Below, one piece after another: positions 25,441-40,061 of a DNA stretch of 64,000 bases. The stretch's first letter is position 1, and each line of letters starts with the position of its first letter. The stretch covers positions 26,288,001 to 26,352,000 of the forward strand of contig NC_043017.1 of the NCBI RefSeq assembly GCF_006345805.1, written 5' to 3'. Position numbers and translations under genes: made by a program. The notes under the pieces were generated by a model that did not search any database, was not told where the DNA came from, and saw nothing but the letters and a program-made list of their open reading frames with translations. Origin of the DNA: Octopus sinensis. Its lineage: Eukaryota.

Positions 25441-25985
25441 CATTTATTTGTTCCAGTCATTAGATGCGGCCATACTGGACCAAAGCCTTGAAGAACTTTT
25501 AAACGAGTGGAACGACCCCGGCACTTATATGTTTGATCAGCCTGATATTTATTATATGTGAATCTTTTTGTCGAACTGCTGTGATACGGGGATATAATCA
25601 CACCAACACCGGTTGCCAAGCGGTGCTAGGGGATAGGCACAGAGACGAAGAGACACAGAGAAACACACACACACACCGACATACAGGCATAGAGATAACC
25701 TGATAGATTAAGAGAGAGAGAGAGAGATGCACAGACAGATATATATATATATATATATATGTGTGTGGGGGTGTATGTATATATGTACGTATATAGATAG
25801 ATAGATACATACATAAATAGATGGTAACGACTGACTTACTTAAGTTTCTGTCTACATGGACTCACAAGGTTTACTTCGGACCGAAGCAATAGAATAAAAC
25901 ATTTCTCGAAGGTGCTACGTAGCGGGATTGAACCTATGATCATATGACTTGGAATCCAGCTTCTTTCTACACAGCCACGATGTAA
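25441..25985 (-). mobile_element. SINE family A, old and degenerate
   Basis: Recognisable CAGTCATTAGATGCGGCCAT tail and ACACAGCCAC head. Confidence 0.65.
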
Positions 25986-26442
25986 TATAGGATTCCTTTC
26001 ATTAGACTGAAACTTGTTCGGCTTCCATTCAACCTTTGTAGATATTTCACATACGTCAGACATATGCTGAAACAACATAACACAAAGTAGCACACCTGTA
26101 GTAAATCATCTATCTTCTGTGTTTATTCAATAGTCACCGTCTGTCAAATAAATATTCAACGCTTATCCTTTGAAGAGTAGTTATATTTGCACATTTAACT
26201 TTTACGAATAATTATAGAATCTCAGCATTATATTTCATTTACACTCTAATATAGTTCAATGACACATAGCATATATATTATCACCTTTAGTAAGACATTT
26301 GACTAATTTTTGTTTGTGATATGTGTGTTAATTAAAGGTGACATGATGGAACGTCCGATGAAACATAACTTATTATTCTCTCTTTATTTTCCGTTTTGAA
26401 ACAACAGTAGAAGGAAACGATACAAATTACAAGCATACAAAT

Positions 26443-26858
26443 AGGCGCAGGAGTGGCTGTGTGGTAAGTAGCCTGTTAACCAACCACATGGTTCCGGGTT
26501 CAGTCCCACTGCGTGGCATCTTGGGCAAGTGTCTTCTGCTATAGCCCCGGGCCGACCAATACCTTGCGAGTGGATTTGGTAGACGGAAACTGAAAGAAGC
26601 CTGTCGTATATATGTATATATATATATATGTGTGTGTGTGTTTGTGTGTTTGTCAGTGTTTGTCCCCCTAGCATTGCTTGACAACCAATGCTGGTGTGTT
26701 TACTTCCCAGTCACTTAGCGGTTCGGCAAAAAGAGACCGATAGAATAAGTACTGGGCTTACAAAGAATAAGTCCCGGGGTCGATTTGCTCGACTAAAGGC
26801 GGTGCTCCAGCATGGCCGCAGTGAAATGACTGAAAACAAGTAAAAGAGTAAAAGAGAG
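26443..26858 (+). mobile_element. SINE family A, near-consensus
   Basis: Full head, internal microsatellite and tail. Confidence 0.92.
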
Positions 26859-27662
26859 TTTACGGTAAATATATTCTCCCAGTTATTTCCTTTTCGTCAT
26901 AAAATACAGTGGCTAATAATTCATGCGAATTTAGTGCATAACGAGTCAGCGTGAAAAACTAGATATGGATTTAAGATGGTGCAACATTGCAGGAATGTCA
27001 AGCGTAAAGAAACGAAATTACTGATTATTAGACAATATGGAATTGAGTATTTATTCTATATTTCCTTCTGGATTTGGAGTGTGTTTTGACTAACACGTCT
27101 CGAAATATTCAATTTTCGAAATCATATAATTTAAATCATATTTAGATCGTAAACAAAAACAGATAAGGTAAAAATAACTCTCCAAAGATACGTTAACTAG
27201 CAAATATGCTCGCACATATCTAGAGTCAAACATTCCCGCTCGTGTTATAAACTCATATACGTATTTATATATCCACGCCAACGCACACACATACATACAA
27301 ACAATAAGCACACGTATATGATATAAGTGCAGCTGTCTGAATGGATCCAGGCATATAAAGATACGTAGGTGTTGCGGATGGTATTCTTACATAAATACGG
27401 AAAGAAAAACTAGATATATGTGAATATATTTTCATTCAACACGTTAATATATTTTTAACTTTTACGTAATATTATCAATAATTCTTTCGCTTCCGACATC
27501 CTCCTCCACCCACCGTTCCATCCTCCTACTATTTTCTTCTCATCATTCATCTTCTTCATCATCATCACCATCTTCTTGTATTTCTTTTTAATTTCTTTCT
27601 TTCGGTCTGTCTGTCTGTCTTTCTTTCTTTCTTTCTTTCTTCTTCTTCTTCTTCTTCTTCTT

Positions 27663-27693
<31 letters not shown>

Positions 27694-28632
27694 TTATTAT
27701 TATTATTATTCTCCTCTTCCTCCTCCTTCTTTATTTTCCTTCTCCTTTTTCTTTACCGTCATCGTCATCACATCATAAATGTCTTATAATGTTTATCATT
27801 ATCATCATCATCATCATCATCATTTCCCTCATCATCATCATCATCAAAATAATCATTACCTGTTTCATTTCCATATTGTTCATCTTTATCATAAGCAAAA
27901 TAGTATTTTTAAATAGTAGCATTGGTATTATTAAATACTTTTCATTTTATATTATTTTATGATTTCTTCATTTTCTTTTCTCTTATATTAGTTCGTTAAT
28001 TTGTTAGCCAATAAGACATTAATAGAATTTTCAGCGACGACTACTTTTACCCCACTAATTTTTTTTCTTTCTCTTTTCTCTTTCCTCATTCTGCAACATC
28101 GTCTGAAACCTGAAGCTATTAGTGAGAAAACATACTTAAAATGTCAGTAAAAACAAAAAATATCAACATTCAATCATACTACTTTCATTTCAATTTTCTT
28201 TCAAACCAGATGTTTATCAAGAAAATGCCAGTTTGGCAGTTCGATTAACAATTCTTCGTAATTTCGTAACTAATTCTTTAACAGTTATACCATTCCTCAA
28301 GGCTTACGTCTTTCACTCTTGTCATACGTCCTTCCTTTTTTTCATTGATATATCTCTTTTGGTTTTGTTGTTGCTCTTTCTTTTAATGCTGTTCTTGTTG
28401 TTGTTTCTTTTTATTCCTGTTACTATTAAATGTATTCAAAGGATTTGAATTTTTCATTTCTATGGACGAGCTTCTTTAGCGCCGAGTTCATTTATATTTT
28501 TGGTGATTTTACTTTGCAAACATTTCTTCCAATTACCCACTTACTGTACATGTGTACATACCTGAGTATATACATATATATAATATATACATATATGCAT
28601 ATATATATAATATATATATTATATATGTATAT

Positions 28633-28671
<39 letters not shown>

Positions 28672-28784
28672 TACATATATATATATATGCATATACATAT
28701 ATATACATATGCATATATATGTATATATATGCATATACATATATATACATATGCATATATATATATATGCATATATATGTATAT

Positions 28785-28827
<43 letters not shown>

Positions 28828-29570
28828 ATATATATATAAAAATCCATGTGTGTGTGTGGCGCGCGCGTGAGACACACCTCTACCATTTAAAGAAATGCTG
28901 AGTCGCAATTTCTGGTTTAGTCTGGAAATTCTTTTTTGCGTATAAATTGCGATTGACTTGAATCGCAATTATTTTTTCTTCCTGCGGTTACTCTGAATTA
29001 AAGAAACTTTGCATTCTATTTTCAAATTGTGTCGGATGGAGCCATTTGGTGTGCTAAATGCACATGCCAACCATGACCAACCTATCGTAAACAAAATCCA
29101 TTCATGTAACGTTTTTGACAATGGGTTTCCATTCATAGGATAGTGGGCTGAAAATTCTCGCTGTTCATATGATCACACAGAGTCACTCAGAATAACTCTA
29201 TACATCAGATGCTAGACAGAATCGCTTGCACTCGACAACAGGATATAGCCTGGCCAATCGTCTATACATTTGTCGTTACGTTCCCTTTTCCAATTTCAAG
29301 AAGTGTCTAGCAACCTACATTCTGTATCTTATTGTGCATGAGTCATTGTTTAGCCCTTATAAAGCCGACCGATAATGTATTGAATTATATAATTGATCGT
29401 AACTTACTTCAGGGACTTCTTGTGTCCAAAGTTCTTCATTATATAGCATGTTTTAGTAAAATGGGAAGCATTTCCAATTGCATCTAGCAGGTTCAACCAT
29501 CAACTGGGAGAAAGCACATTGATTCGTATTATGATTTCGGAATTGTACCCTGTTAGTAAAGATCACGAAA

Positions 29571-29789
29571 TATTGGGTTGTCTGGAAAGTTCGTGCCGAT
29601 TTCTAAAGGAAAGGATAAGGTCAATGTATACTTGCCATTACATTTTTAATCAAGTAAATATGAACTATTTTGTAGCACAAACTTTCCTTTAACTTGAAAA
29701 TAACCTCTTCCCAGACGTGATGTGTCTGGGTGTGGAAATGGAAAGTTAAGCTACTATAAGTCAGCACGAACTTTCCGGACAACCCAATA
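29571..29789. mobile_element. Mariner-type MITE
   Basis: ~30-bp TIRs TATTGGGTTGTCTGGAAAGTTCGTGCCGA / TCAGCACGAACTTTCCGGACAACCCAATA with TA ends. Confidence 0.85.
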
Positions 29790-30344
29790 TATATGTGTGT
29801 ATATATATATATATATACATCTGTGTGTGTGTGTGTCTGTGTGTGTGTGTGTATGTATATATGAATTAAACCATAAACACTTATACACATCTGTATAATA
29901 GTGAAGTAGATAATGCTCTGCAAAATTACGGTTAATCATTGTGTTCAAATCACTTTTGTTGGGGTTCGTAAAGTTTCCATTGAATTCGAACCCACGTCTG
30001 TTAACATGATATATGTATCAAATTTACCTCGGATTTCGCTAACCATTTTAGGAAATATGATCTGACAGTGAGAAAATTTGTGTTTTTAAATCGTTAAAAT
30101 ATTGAAACGTTGAGAGCCGTAAAACGACAAGTAGATAAGATTATTTGTAATTGCGTGTAAATATTACGATAAAAGGCCTTGGGATAGAAACATTGATATT
30201 GTTTTTTCTTTGTGTAATTTTCTCTAGATGTACTTCCTAAAAAGACGGTGTGAATTCCCAATCGCGACCAAATAAGGAGATGAAGATATACCAACTATCT
30301 CGTTCATGTATATATATGTGTGTGTGTGTATATACACCAAACAC

Positions 30345-30520
30345 CTATTGGTCTTGGTGTGTTTGCATCCCCGTAATTTAACGGTTCGGCAAAAGCAGAA
30401 CGATAGAATAATTACCAGGCTTTAAAAAGGACGTACTGGGGTCGATTCAATCGTTCCCCTAAAACCCTTCAATGCCGTTCCCTAGCATGAATACTCCCTA
30501 ATGACTGAAGCAAGTAAAAC
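30345..30520 (+). mobile_element. SINE family A 3' half (diverged)
   Basis: GGTTCGGCAAAAG..GATAGAATAA..CTGGGGTCGATT..AATGACTGAAGCAAGTAAAA. Confidence 0.65.
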
Positions 30521-30944
30521 AGTATTTAAACAGAAAAAAGATAACCAAGGTGACTACACCATTATAACAACGAAATATTGGACAACGGTAGCCTTTACTG
30601 ATGCTAGACTTTTCTAGGGACCTTGACTATATTCCCGCTCAGCAGAGTGGTTGCAAACGTGTTTGATGTACATTCCTCTTAGATTTACCTTTAAATTATT
30701 TGAAATCATTTAAGATCTACGCGAAAAAATAAGACGCACTTTTGTCATAAATATTTGTGAATGTTTCATATTCAAGTATTCACTATAATTGTTTTTGTTA
30801 CTGTAGCGTTGCATTAAATTACGCTCTATCCATTGCAACAGTTTGGGGAAACTGTTGAAAGAAACATGTTATATTAAGTAGTTAGACTGAATATTAACAC
30901 AACAATAAAAAAAATCTGTTTTCCTCAAAATTCCGCATACTTCG

Positions 30945-31042
<98 letters not shown>

Positions 31043-31524
31043 TTTAACAGTTTATGAAGCAGAATATGGTTTCTGAAATTACTCAAAATTTTAAATGTCA
31101 ATATAAATTTTGTTTACATGGCCTTTGGTAAGACGCCATAAAAGGGCTAACAAATGCAACCTAACAGGCAATACAGCACCTGATGTTATTCTTTTTTTTT
31201 TCCCATTAGAACACATTTCTTTCAAAAGCATACAATTTTACAAAAAACACGACAATTAAATATTCATACGTTTTCAATTTAAGTACTGCACACAAAACTT
31301 CAACAGGACATAGCAGCAATTTAACAATTTTAGTGATAGAGGCAAACAACGAATGAATTTTGTTTACCAGATTTCACAAAGCATGTATGTTATCACTCTA
31401 CCTTGAACAAGTAACACGAACATTGCTTGAAACGCATTTATTTTAGTATCTTCAATGCCTTATATTGATTAAGTACTATAAGTATATTTTTTCTGTACTG
31501 GATCCATCCGAACGAATTCTTGCG

Positions 31525-31830
31525 AAATTCCGAATGTACTTCAATGAGAAATATCTGCAGTCAAGTAATGCTGCGCCTATGTGGAGAGGTCGACTTTAAC
31601 TTTCATCCTTTGGGGGCTCTATAAATTAAGTACCAGTGATGCACTGGGGTCGATGTAATCGACTTGATCTGTTTGCCTGTCCTTCTTCGTCCTCTCTGTC
31701 TTTAGCCCCTTGTGGGTAGTAAAGAAATAGGTATTTCGGCCGTCACTACGTTCTGAGTACAAATTCCCCCGTAGTCGCTTTTATCTGTCATCCTTTCTGG
31801 GTCGATAAATAAAGCACCAGTGAAATACAG
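31525..31830 (+). mobile_element. SINE family C, two tandem partial units
   Basis: GAGGTCGACTTT..AAAGAAATA followed by GGTATTTCGGCCGTCACTACGTTCTGAG..GGGTCGATAAAT. Confidence 0.7.
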
Positions 31831-32644
31831 GCTATCTAAATAAACGCCTGGCCCCTTCTTCCCCGAAACTGCCCTTGGGGCAAAATTTGAAACGATTTTT
31901 CAACGACCACAACGTATGAAGTTAAATTTAACTGATTAAAATTAATGTGATATAAAAGCGTCAGACGTAACAAGTGAGGTATTCAGATCTTATAACTTCA
32001 GTTACAAACTTAAATAAAATCGGAGCTGAAAGAATAGATCTATGTACTTTTTCTTTGAATTTAATTTCTTCGCGGTTTTCAAGCCAGTTCATATCAATGA
32101 GATAAGTCGTTATCAGTCGATTCTTAAGATATATACCTACGCGGTTGAATTCGTGGGTGCATACACCTAGGTCTATACGCCTACACTTAAGTCTTATGTA
32201 AGTGATCTTTGTGAAATTTATATGTTTGCTTGCGTGCGTGTGTGTTTGTGCATGTATGTGTGTGCATGCGTGGATATCATTTCGTTTTAAATGCATTTGT
32301 AGATACATATTTATCTTTCAGTGAGTATCTTGCAGATGAGTATGGATGTTTTACTTAGTGCAAATGTTACTTCAAATGACACTTTCTTTTTTATTTATAT
32401 ATCTCGACTCGCAGTACCGCAATATTAACATACAGCAGGTAAAAGAAAATCATATTTGATATAAAACACTAAAAGATTGAGACTCATTAAGTTCTCCAGA
32501 AAAGAAATAAGACTATGATACAAAAACATGGGACCGTATGAAGCATGGAAAGATAGCTCTTAAAACTGAGGTATATTGATGTTCTAGTTAGAATAATACA
32601 TACTTCACACATACACATACACACACTCACATAAAAACACACAC

Positions 32645-32850
32645 GTGATAGATCGTTAGCTCCTACACGCATTTTTTTTCTCCTTGTTTCTCTCCTTGTT
32701 TTTTATCTGTGTATCTTTCTGTCGAAGAGCGTGGGCTCGAAACGTAAAAGACTTTTTCTATTCTATTCCTGAGCGCTATACTAATACTTTGTTTGTTTGT
32801 ACTCCACTGCCTTCGTCTTTAGTTTATTTTCTTAAACTTTCCCGTTATAT
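32645..32850 (+). mobile_element. (TA)n-tailed hammerhead element (CUGUNGA variant)
   Basis: 32714-32751: TCTTT-CTGTCGA-A-GAGC-gtgg-GCTC-GAAA-CG-TA-AAAGA. Confidence 0.75.
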
Positions 32851-32875
32851 ATATAGTATATAAATATATATATAT

Positions 32876-32921
<46 letters not shown>

Positions 32922-32934
32922 TTATATATATATA

Positions 32935-32966
<32 letters not shown>

Positions 32967-32976
32967 TTATTTATTA

Positions 32977-33165
32977 TATAGAAGGAGCTTCTACAGACTA
33001 GAACTGTTTCATTCAAGAGAAATCTTCAGGAGCTTCCTGAAGATTTCTCTTGAATGAAAACAGTTCTAGTCCTGTAGAAGCTCCTATATAATAAATTATT
33101 TACTTTTACTCTGTATTATTAGTACCTTATTTACTGTGGTTAACCCCGAATCAACCCGGGACCTA
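32977..33165 (+). mobile_element. Foldback hammerhead element, copy 2
   Basis: 33029-33084: GGAGCTTC-CTGAAGA-TTTCTCTTGAAT-GAAA(A)CAG-ttctagtc-CTG-TA-GAAGCTCC; the antisense arm precedes it. Confidence 0.75.
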
Positions 33166-33176
33166 CATATATATAT

Positions 33177-33237
<61 letters not shown>

Positions 33238-33274
33238 TTTATATTATATAAATATATATATATATATATTATAT

Positions 33275-33328
<54 letters not shown>

Positions 33329-33428
33329 TATATACAAATATATACATATATATATGTATTATATTATACATATATATTTTATTATATATATATATGTATA
33401 TATATATAGATATATATAGATATATATA

Positions 33429-33470
<42 letters not shown>

Positions 33471-33589
33471 TACATATATTATGTATTATATATATATACA
33501 TATTATAAATATATATATTATACATATATATATATATTTATATATATATATATTTATATATACATATATTTAGATATATATATATAATA

Positions 33590-33664
<75 letters not shown>

Positions 33665-34475
33665 GAATGTTTACCGACAACGTATAATAAAACATTTAGT
33701 CCGACGTTGTAATGCATGGCGTTTTCGTGATATAACGAGAATATTGACACTGAAGAGATACTTCACGCAAAATGAACAGCGTAAAATCTATGACAAATTG
33801 CTTGGTGAGCGACATAGTATAAATATGATTCCACAAATGGCATCCTACATGAAAACGTGATAGCAATAATGTATATACGATACAAATCAGGAAAAAAACT
33901 AATGGATAAAAACCGATCACGAAAGGAATAGAATACTTGGGAGAAGAATACAATGAGACACAGAGATATGTATCTTAATAAAGCATCCTCTAACACGTAA
34001 ATAAACAGAGAGAGATTGGAATTTGAATGTAAAAGGCGTATATTCGCTCTTATTACGCACACAGATACACATATATAAATGCTTAAGCATACATACATAT
34101 ACACACACACACATATATATATACATATACGTATATAATATATATACATTTAAATATATATATACATATAGATAATATATATATATATATAGATAGATAG
34201 ATAGATATGTATGTATATATATGTATATATATTTGTATATGTACGTTTATATGTATGTATATATACATACATATATATATATATATATAAAGCATATATA
34301 CATATACATATACATATAGATATGTGTGTATATACATGTAAATATATATGTATATATATGTAGATGTACGTTTGTATGTGTATATATAGATATATATAAT
34401 AAATATAAAGCATATCTACACATACATGTATATGTATATATATATATATATATGTATATATATGTATATGTACGT

Positions 34476-34509
<34 letters not shown>

Positions 34510-34607
34510 AGTAGTATATATATATAATGTATATATATATACTTATATATTATATATATATATATATTTATATTTATATAATATATTTCCATATATATAT
34601 ATTATAT

Positions 34608-34652
<45 letters not shown>

Positions 34653-35240
34653 GACATATATGTGTGTTCATATTTTTATGTGTAGATTAAAATATGGATA
34701 CGTATATACCTAGTAAGTTAATATATATATATTCATACATATCTGCATATACAAATCTATGCATAATGACACTATATACCGATTAAGAATACATACACAC
34801 ACATAGATAATGTCTAACATAAAAGCCATTGGCTAAGTGACATTTATGTTTTTTACATTTTTACTGCTTTTTATATTTTCATTATTTTTTCTTTGATCTC
34901 TCCTGAAATTTAGTATTTACCAATTTGCCAATATTTAATAAAGGAAAACAAAACTAAAATATTACATAAAACAAAGAATCCTTTTTACAAAAATGAATGA
35001 ATAGATAGAAACGGCAAAAACAAAAAAAGAATTTTTACCAAAACACTAAACATTAGAATAGCATCAAGTAGAGAAACAAAGCTTAGCGTCTCCATAATTC
35101 TTGTAGACAACAGAACATTTAAAAAAATCATGTTAATACCAAAACTGGAACAAATAATGAAGTGTACAGGCATATATATATACACGCAATCACAGACTTT
35201 TATATGCATACACATGTCTCTATTTACATATATATAAAAC

Positions 35241-35274
<34 letters not shown>

Positions 35275-35355
35275 TATACATAAACTTACCCATATGTATA
35301 CATTTCATACATGTATGTAATATATTTTCATATATATGTATATACACACGTTATA

Positions 35356-35392
<37 letters not shown>

Positions 35393-35416
35393 TGATAGAT
35401 AGATAGATAGAAATAC

Positions 35417-35468
<52 letters not shown>

Positions 35469-35919
35469 ATGTGTGTATGTATGCTTGTGAGCATGTGATG
35501 TATGGGTGTATAAGTGTGTGTAGAACTTTGATAAAATAAAGAATTCATCATTATTAATTAGAGAGAGAAGAAGAGACCGAAACTGAGAAAGGGAACGGGA
35601 GAGAGAGACGACGAACTGGTATGTTAACTCTGAAACAGGAAATACTGTATATAAAAGAAATTACATTGTAATCATGTTTTATCAAATATGTTTTGTTACA
35701 AGATTTGTTGTGTTTTTACTATATATATATGTTTTATACCTTACAGTTCTATTAGACTTAAACATGGCCTCACTGTTTATATATCGAGAAGAACAATACT
35801 AGGAGCAAAATCACAATGTTCATTAGAATCAAATTTACGTTATCATCGTCAAGAAATCCGGCGTTGTCAACATCGTCATCATTATAATTATCATTTATTG
35901 ATAGCGACATGCGTTATGG

Positions 35920-36121
35920 TCTCATCACTATCATCACCATCATCATCGTCTCCGTCTTCATCTTTGTCATCATCAGCGTCGTCATGATGATGGTGATTAT
36001 GATGATGAACATCATTATCATCATTCTCATCGTCTTCATCATTATCATTACCATCATCTTCTTCACACTACACGTCATTATCGTTGTCGTCGTCGTGACC
36101 ACCACCATCATCATCACCATC

Positions 36122-36152
<31 letters not shown>

Positions 36153-36205
36153 CCATCATCATCACCATCACCACCATCATCATCATCATCATCACCATCA
36201 TCATC

Positions 36206-36236
<31 letters not shown>

Positions 36237-36337
36237 ACGTCATCATCACCATCACCACCATCATCATCATCATCATCACCATCATCATCTTCATCATCAT
36301 CATCATCATCATCATCATCGTCATCATCAACGTCATC

Positions 36338-36368
<31 letters not shown>

Positions 36369-36403
36369 CTATCACCACCATCATCACCATCACCATCATC
36401 ACC

Positions 36404-36434
<31 letters not shown>

Positions 36435-36466
36435 ACTTCATCATCATCATCATCATCGTCATCAAC

Positions 36467-36497
<31 letters not shown>

Positions 36498-36600
36498 ACG
36501 TCATCATCGTCGTCATCATCAGGATCATCAATGATCATCGTAATCATCGCCGTCAGCATGATAGCTTTCATTCGTCGTCCGTATCTAACTTATCATGACC
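35920..36600. repeat. Imperfect (CAT)n array
   Basis: Directly visible; source of the poly-I, poly-M and poly-D ORFs. Confidence 0.95.
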
Positions 36601-37463
36601 ATCGACATTGACATCGTCACCATTTTTTTATCACCACCACCACCACCACAACCACCACCACAACCACCACCACAATCACAGCCGTCAAGTCCTTCACCAT
36701 CGACGTCCTTAACCGTTATGAATGTTATACGATGATCATCATCACCCACGTATGTTTAGTCCTCCCCATTAAATTTGCTGCGTCTAAAAACAACTTAGAC
36801 ATCTGAAAATAGCAGGTGTCACTTCTTAAATGCCATGTTAGTTTGGGATCAAAACGTGTCTTTATTTTCTTAAGATAACATACACACACGACAATGATTT
36901 TACCAATGTTATAATTAAGGAGATTCTGAAAGGTCTGAAAGTATATGTTTATTGTTTGTCTGCTCTATTAAAACACAGGGAAATTAAAACCGAACTCTCG
37001 TTAAATAAAACATTTTCTTGAACAGAAATATTTACAAAATAGTTCAATAAAATAAATACAATAATGAATGTTTTTTTTTAGCAATTATTATTTACTTTCT
37101 TTGTTAAAAGTTTCTTTTTTATTTGCCTTCAAATATATAATAGAAAAGCAATGTATATATGCTTCCGGTGCGTTTTTGTACTAGAAAAAAATTATAAAAA
37201 GACATTGAATGAAACAAAGAAACAAGAAGAATAGAAATTGATGAAAACTGTGCATCGAACTTTTCTCAAATTGACTATAAGATAATAAAATAAAATACAA
37301 ATTCCATTACTGCAACATATAGTGGCGACAGTGAAACTTAATTAAAATTACGACTATCGAATTTGCAAAAAATTAAAATAGAAAGAAAGTAAAAATTAAA
37401 ATCATTTATTATCATTATAATTATTGTTAGGATCTTGCTATTGATGTTGTCTATGTTGCTACT

Positions 37464-37850
37464 CGATGGAAGCACTCCGTCGGTTACGACGACGAGGGTT
37501 CCGGTTGATCCGAATCAACGGAACAGCCTGCTCGTGAAATTAACGTGTAAGTGGCTGAGCACTCCACAGACATGTATACCCTTAACGTAGTTCTCGGGGA
37601 TATTCAGTGTGACACAGAGAGTGACAAAGCCGGCCCCTTGAAATACAGGTACAACAGAAACAGGAAGTAAGAGTGAGAGAAAGTTGTGGTGAAAGAGTAC
37701 AGCAGGGATCACCACCATCCCTGCCGGAGCCTCGTGGAGCTTTAGGTGTTTTCGCTCAATAAACACTCACAACGCCCGGTCTGGGAATCGAAACCACGAT
37801 CCTACGACCGCGAGTCCTCTGCCCTAACCACTGGGCCATTGCGCCTCCAC
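37464..37850 (-). mobile_element. tRNA-derived SINE family B
   Basis: A box TGGCCCAGTGG, B box GTTTCGATTCCC; TSD TGTTGCTACT at 37454 and 37854. Confidence 0.92.
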
Positions 37851-38048
37851 CGTTGTTGCTACTACCGTTGACGAGTCGGCAAATTCATTAACGAGAAATT
37901 TGTTTTGCGTTATTTGCTCGTGTCCTATTGTTTTATAAATAAATCTGAGAAGTGAATATACCTGAGACAAACTTGTGCAGGAATGAACATAAGGTCTCTA
38001 TCTATGGATAGCATTATTACCCGGAGCCATTAGCTGAGGAAATTGTGG

Positions 38049-38468
38049 ATGGAACACGGCATGGTTCTTCACTTAAATTTAACAATTACAAATAAAATAA
38101 GCGGTGTTTTCCAAAATAGTTGGGGAGACATCTTGTAATATTTCCTAAGTTGCGCGAATGGAACACGGCATGGTTCTTCACTTAAATTTAACGATTACAA
38201 ATAAAATAAGCGGTGTTTTCTAAAATAGTTGGGGAGACATCTTGTAATATTTCCTAAGTTGCGCGAATGGAACACGGCATGGTTCTTCACTTAAATTTAA
38301 CAATTACAAATAAAAAAGCGGTGTTTTCCAAAATAGAGCGGAGAGACATCTTGTAATATTTCCTAAGTTGCGCGAATGGAACACGGCATGGTTCTTCACT
38401 TAAATTTAACAATTACAAATAAAAAAGCGGTGTTTTCCAAAATAGTTGGGGAGACATCTTGCTAATAT
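38049..38468. repeat. 109-bp tandem satellite (~3.8 units) running into the assembly gap
   Basis: ATGGAACACGGCATGG at 38049, 38158, 38267, 38376. Confidence 0.95.
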
Positions 38469-38568
38469 NNNNNNNNNNNNNNNNNNNNNNNNNNNNNNNN
38501 NNNNNNNNNNNNNNNNNNNNNNNNNNNNNNNNNNNNNNNNNNNNNNNNNNNNNNNNNNNNNNNNNNNN
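38469..38568. other. Assembly gap (100 N)
   Basis: Run of N. Confidence 1.
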
Positions 38569-38824
38569 AGCCGCAATAATTCCTGCGTCTTGAAGTGTGT
38601 GAAATGTTCCACTGCTTGTCATGAAGCCGTTACAGTAAGATATTTATAGGAATATGAATTCAAATACTTTTGGCGGAAATATATATTAACTTCACGGGAA
38701 CAATATATAGTATAATTGGGATTATAATTAAATATATAAAGCTTAATGCTTCTTTCAGTACCCCGTGTTTTACGCAATTATATATGTATTTATTTGTTAT
38801 TTTATTACCTTTTTTTTTTTAGTT

Positions 38825-39173
38825 GGAGGCGCAATGGCCCAGTGGTTAGGGCAGCGGACTCGCGGTCGTAGGATCGCGGTTTCGATTCCCAGACCGGGCG
38901 TTGTGAGTGTTTATTGAGCAAAAGCACCTAAAGCTCCACGGGGCTCCGGCAGGGGATAGTGGTGATCCCTGCTGTACTCTTTCACCACAACTTTCTCTCA
39001 CTCTTACTTCCTGTTTCTGTTGTACCTGTATTTCAAAGGGCCGGCCTTGTCATTCTCTGTGTCACGCTGAATATCCCCGAGAACTACGTTAAGGGTACAC
39101 CACGAGCAGGCTGTTCCGTTGATTCGGATCAACCGGAAACCTCGTCGTCGTAACCGACGGAGTGATTCCACCA
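38825..39173 (+). mobile_element. SINE family B (small internal deletion)
   Basis: GGAGGCGCAATGGCCCAGTGGTTAGG..GTAACCGACGGAGTG. Confidence 0.92.
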
Positions 39174-40061
39174 CCTTTTTAGATTTAGGAACATATCTAA
39201 TTCATACAGCATTTTATGAAATCTTTCGGGAGCACATAAACTTCTATCTGCGAACAATTTCTATTTCAACACTATCACATTATTTGATTTTCTGAATATG
39301 AATTATGTTGATTGATTGTGTGTCGATTTCACATAGAGATATATACAGGCACTGCTTTTCTATATTCACATGAAACCGGACTTCGGTGTTCTAGAACTTT
39401 ATGCATTTCTTAGCAAATAGCTCTTTTAAAAATGTTAATATCATCATCATCATTGTTCGACCGTGGTCGAGACTTTCATAGTCTTTTTCAAATGGCTTAA
39501 TGTGTGCGCGTGCCACTACTACACACATTGAAAGCATGTACAACCAAGTACTAAAGAAGATCATTCCTCCTCCATGAAACAAAGCTGTTCCGCTGGACGT
39601 CAACCAGTATTTCTAAGCTACGGACCGAGTGATTTATTGTAAGGTTATCTCCCTAGATAGATTGCCTTCACTACGGCTAAGGAGCCCTTAATATACACTT
39701 TTCCAAAAATTGTGCACGCCAATTATTCTGGGAGAATTCCATTTTTAAATGAAGTAAAATCTGTGTATTACTTGAGCATAGTTTTCTATCTCTTACAGAA
39801 AATTCAATGTAACAAGAACGCATAAATTATTTCAAATATGTTTATGTGAAGAAACGTACAAATCCTGAAATGGAAATTATTAATACTTGCAATAATGGAA
39901 GAGACAATCACTCCATTTTTAAGCGTGGAAACGAAAGAAGTAGAGTTTCAGCAATATACAAAACTGGAGTTTTAACTGCCATTTGATCCGATAATCGGAA
40001 AAAAATCCTGCTCCTGAAATTGTGCAAGTCACTGAACAGACTACAGACACGCGTAAACGTG

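Noticed and set aside
35909-36598. Long poly-Ile, poly-Met and poly-Asp ORFs (167-229 aa)
   Set aside because: Frames of an imperfect (CAT)n array; no non-repetitive coding flanks or splice context.
38049-38468. Regularly spaced repeats resembling a CRISPR array
   Set aside because: The whole 109-bp unit repeats, with no unique spacers and no cas genes, in a eukaryotic context.
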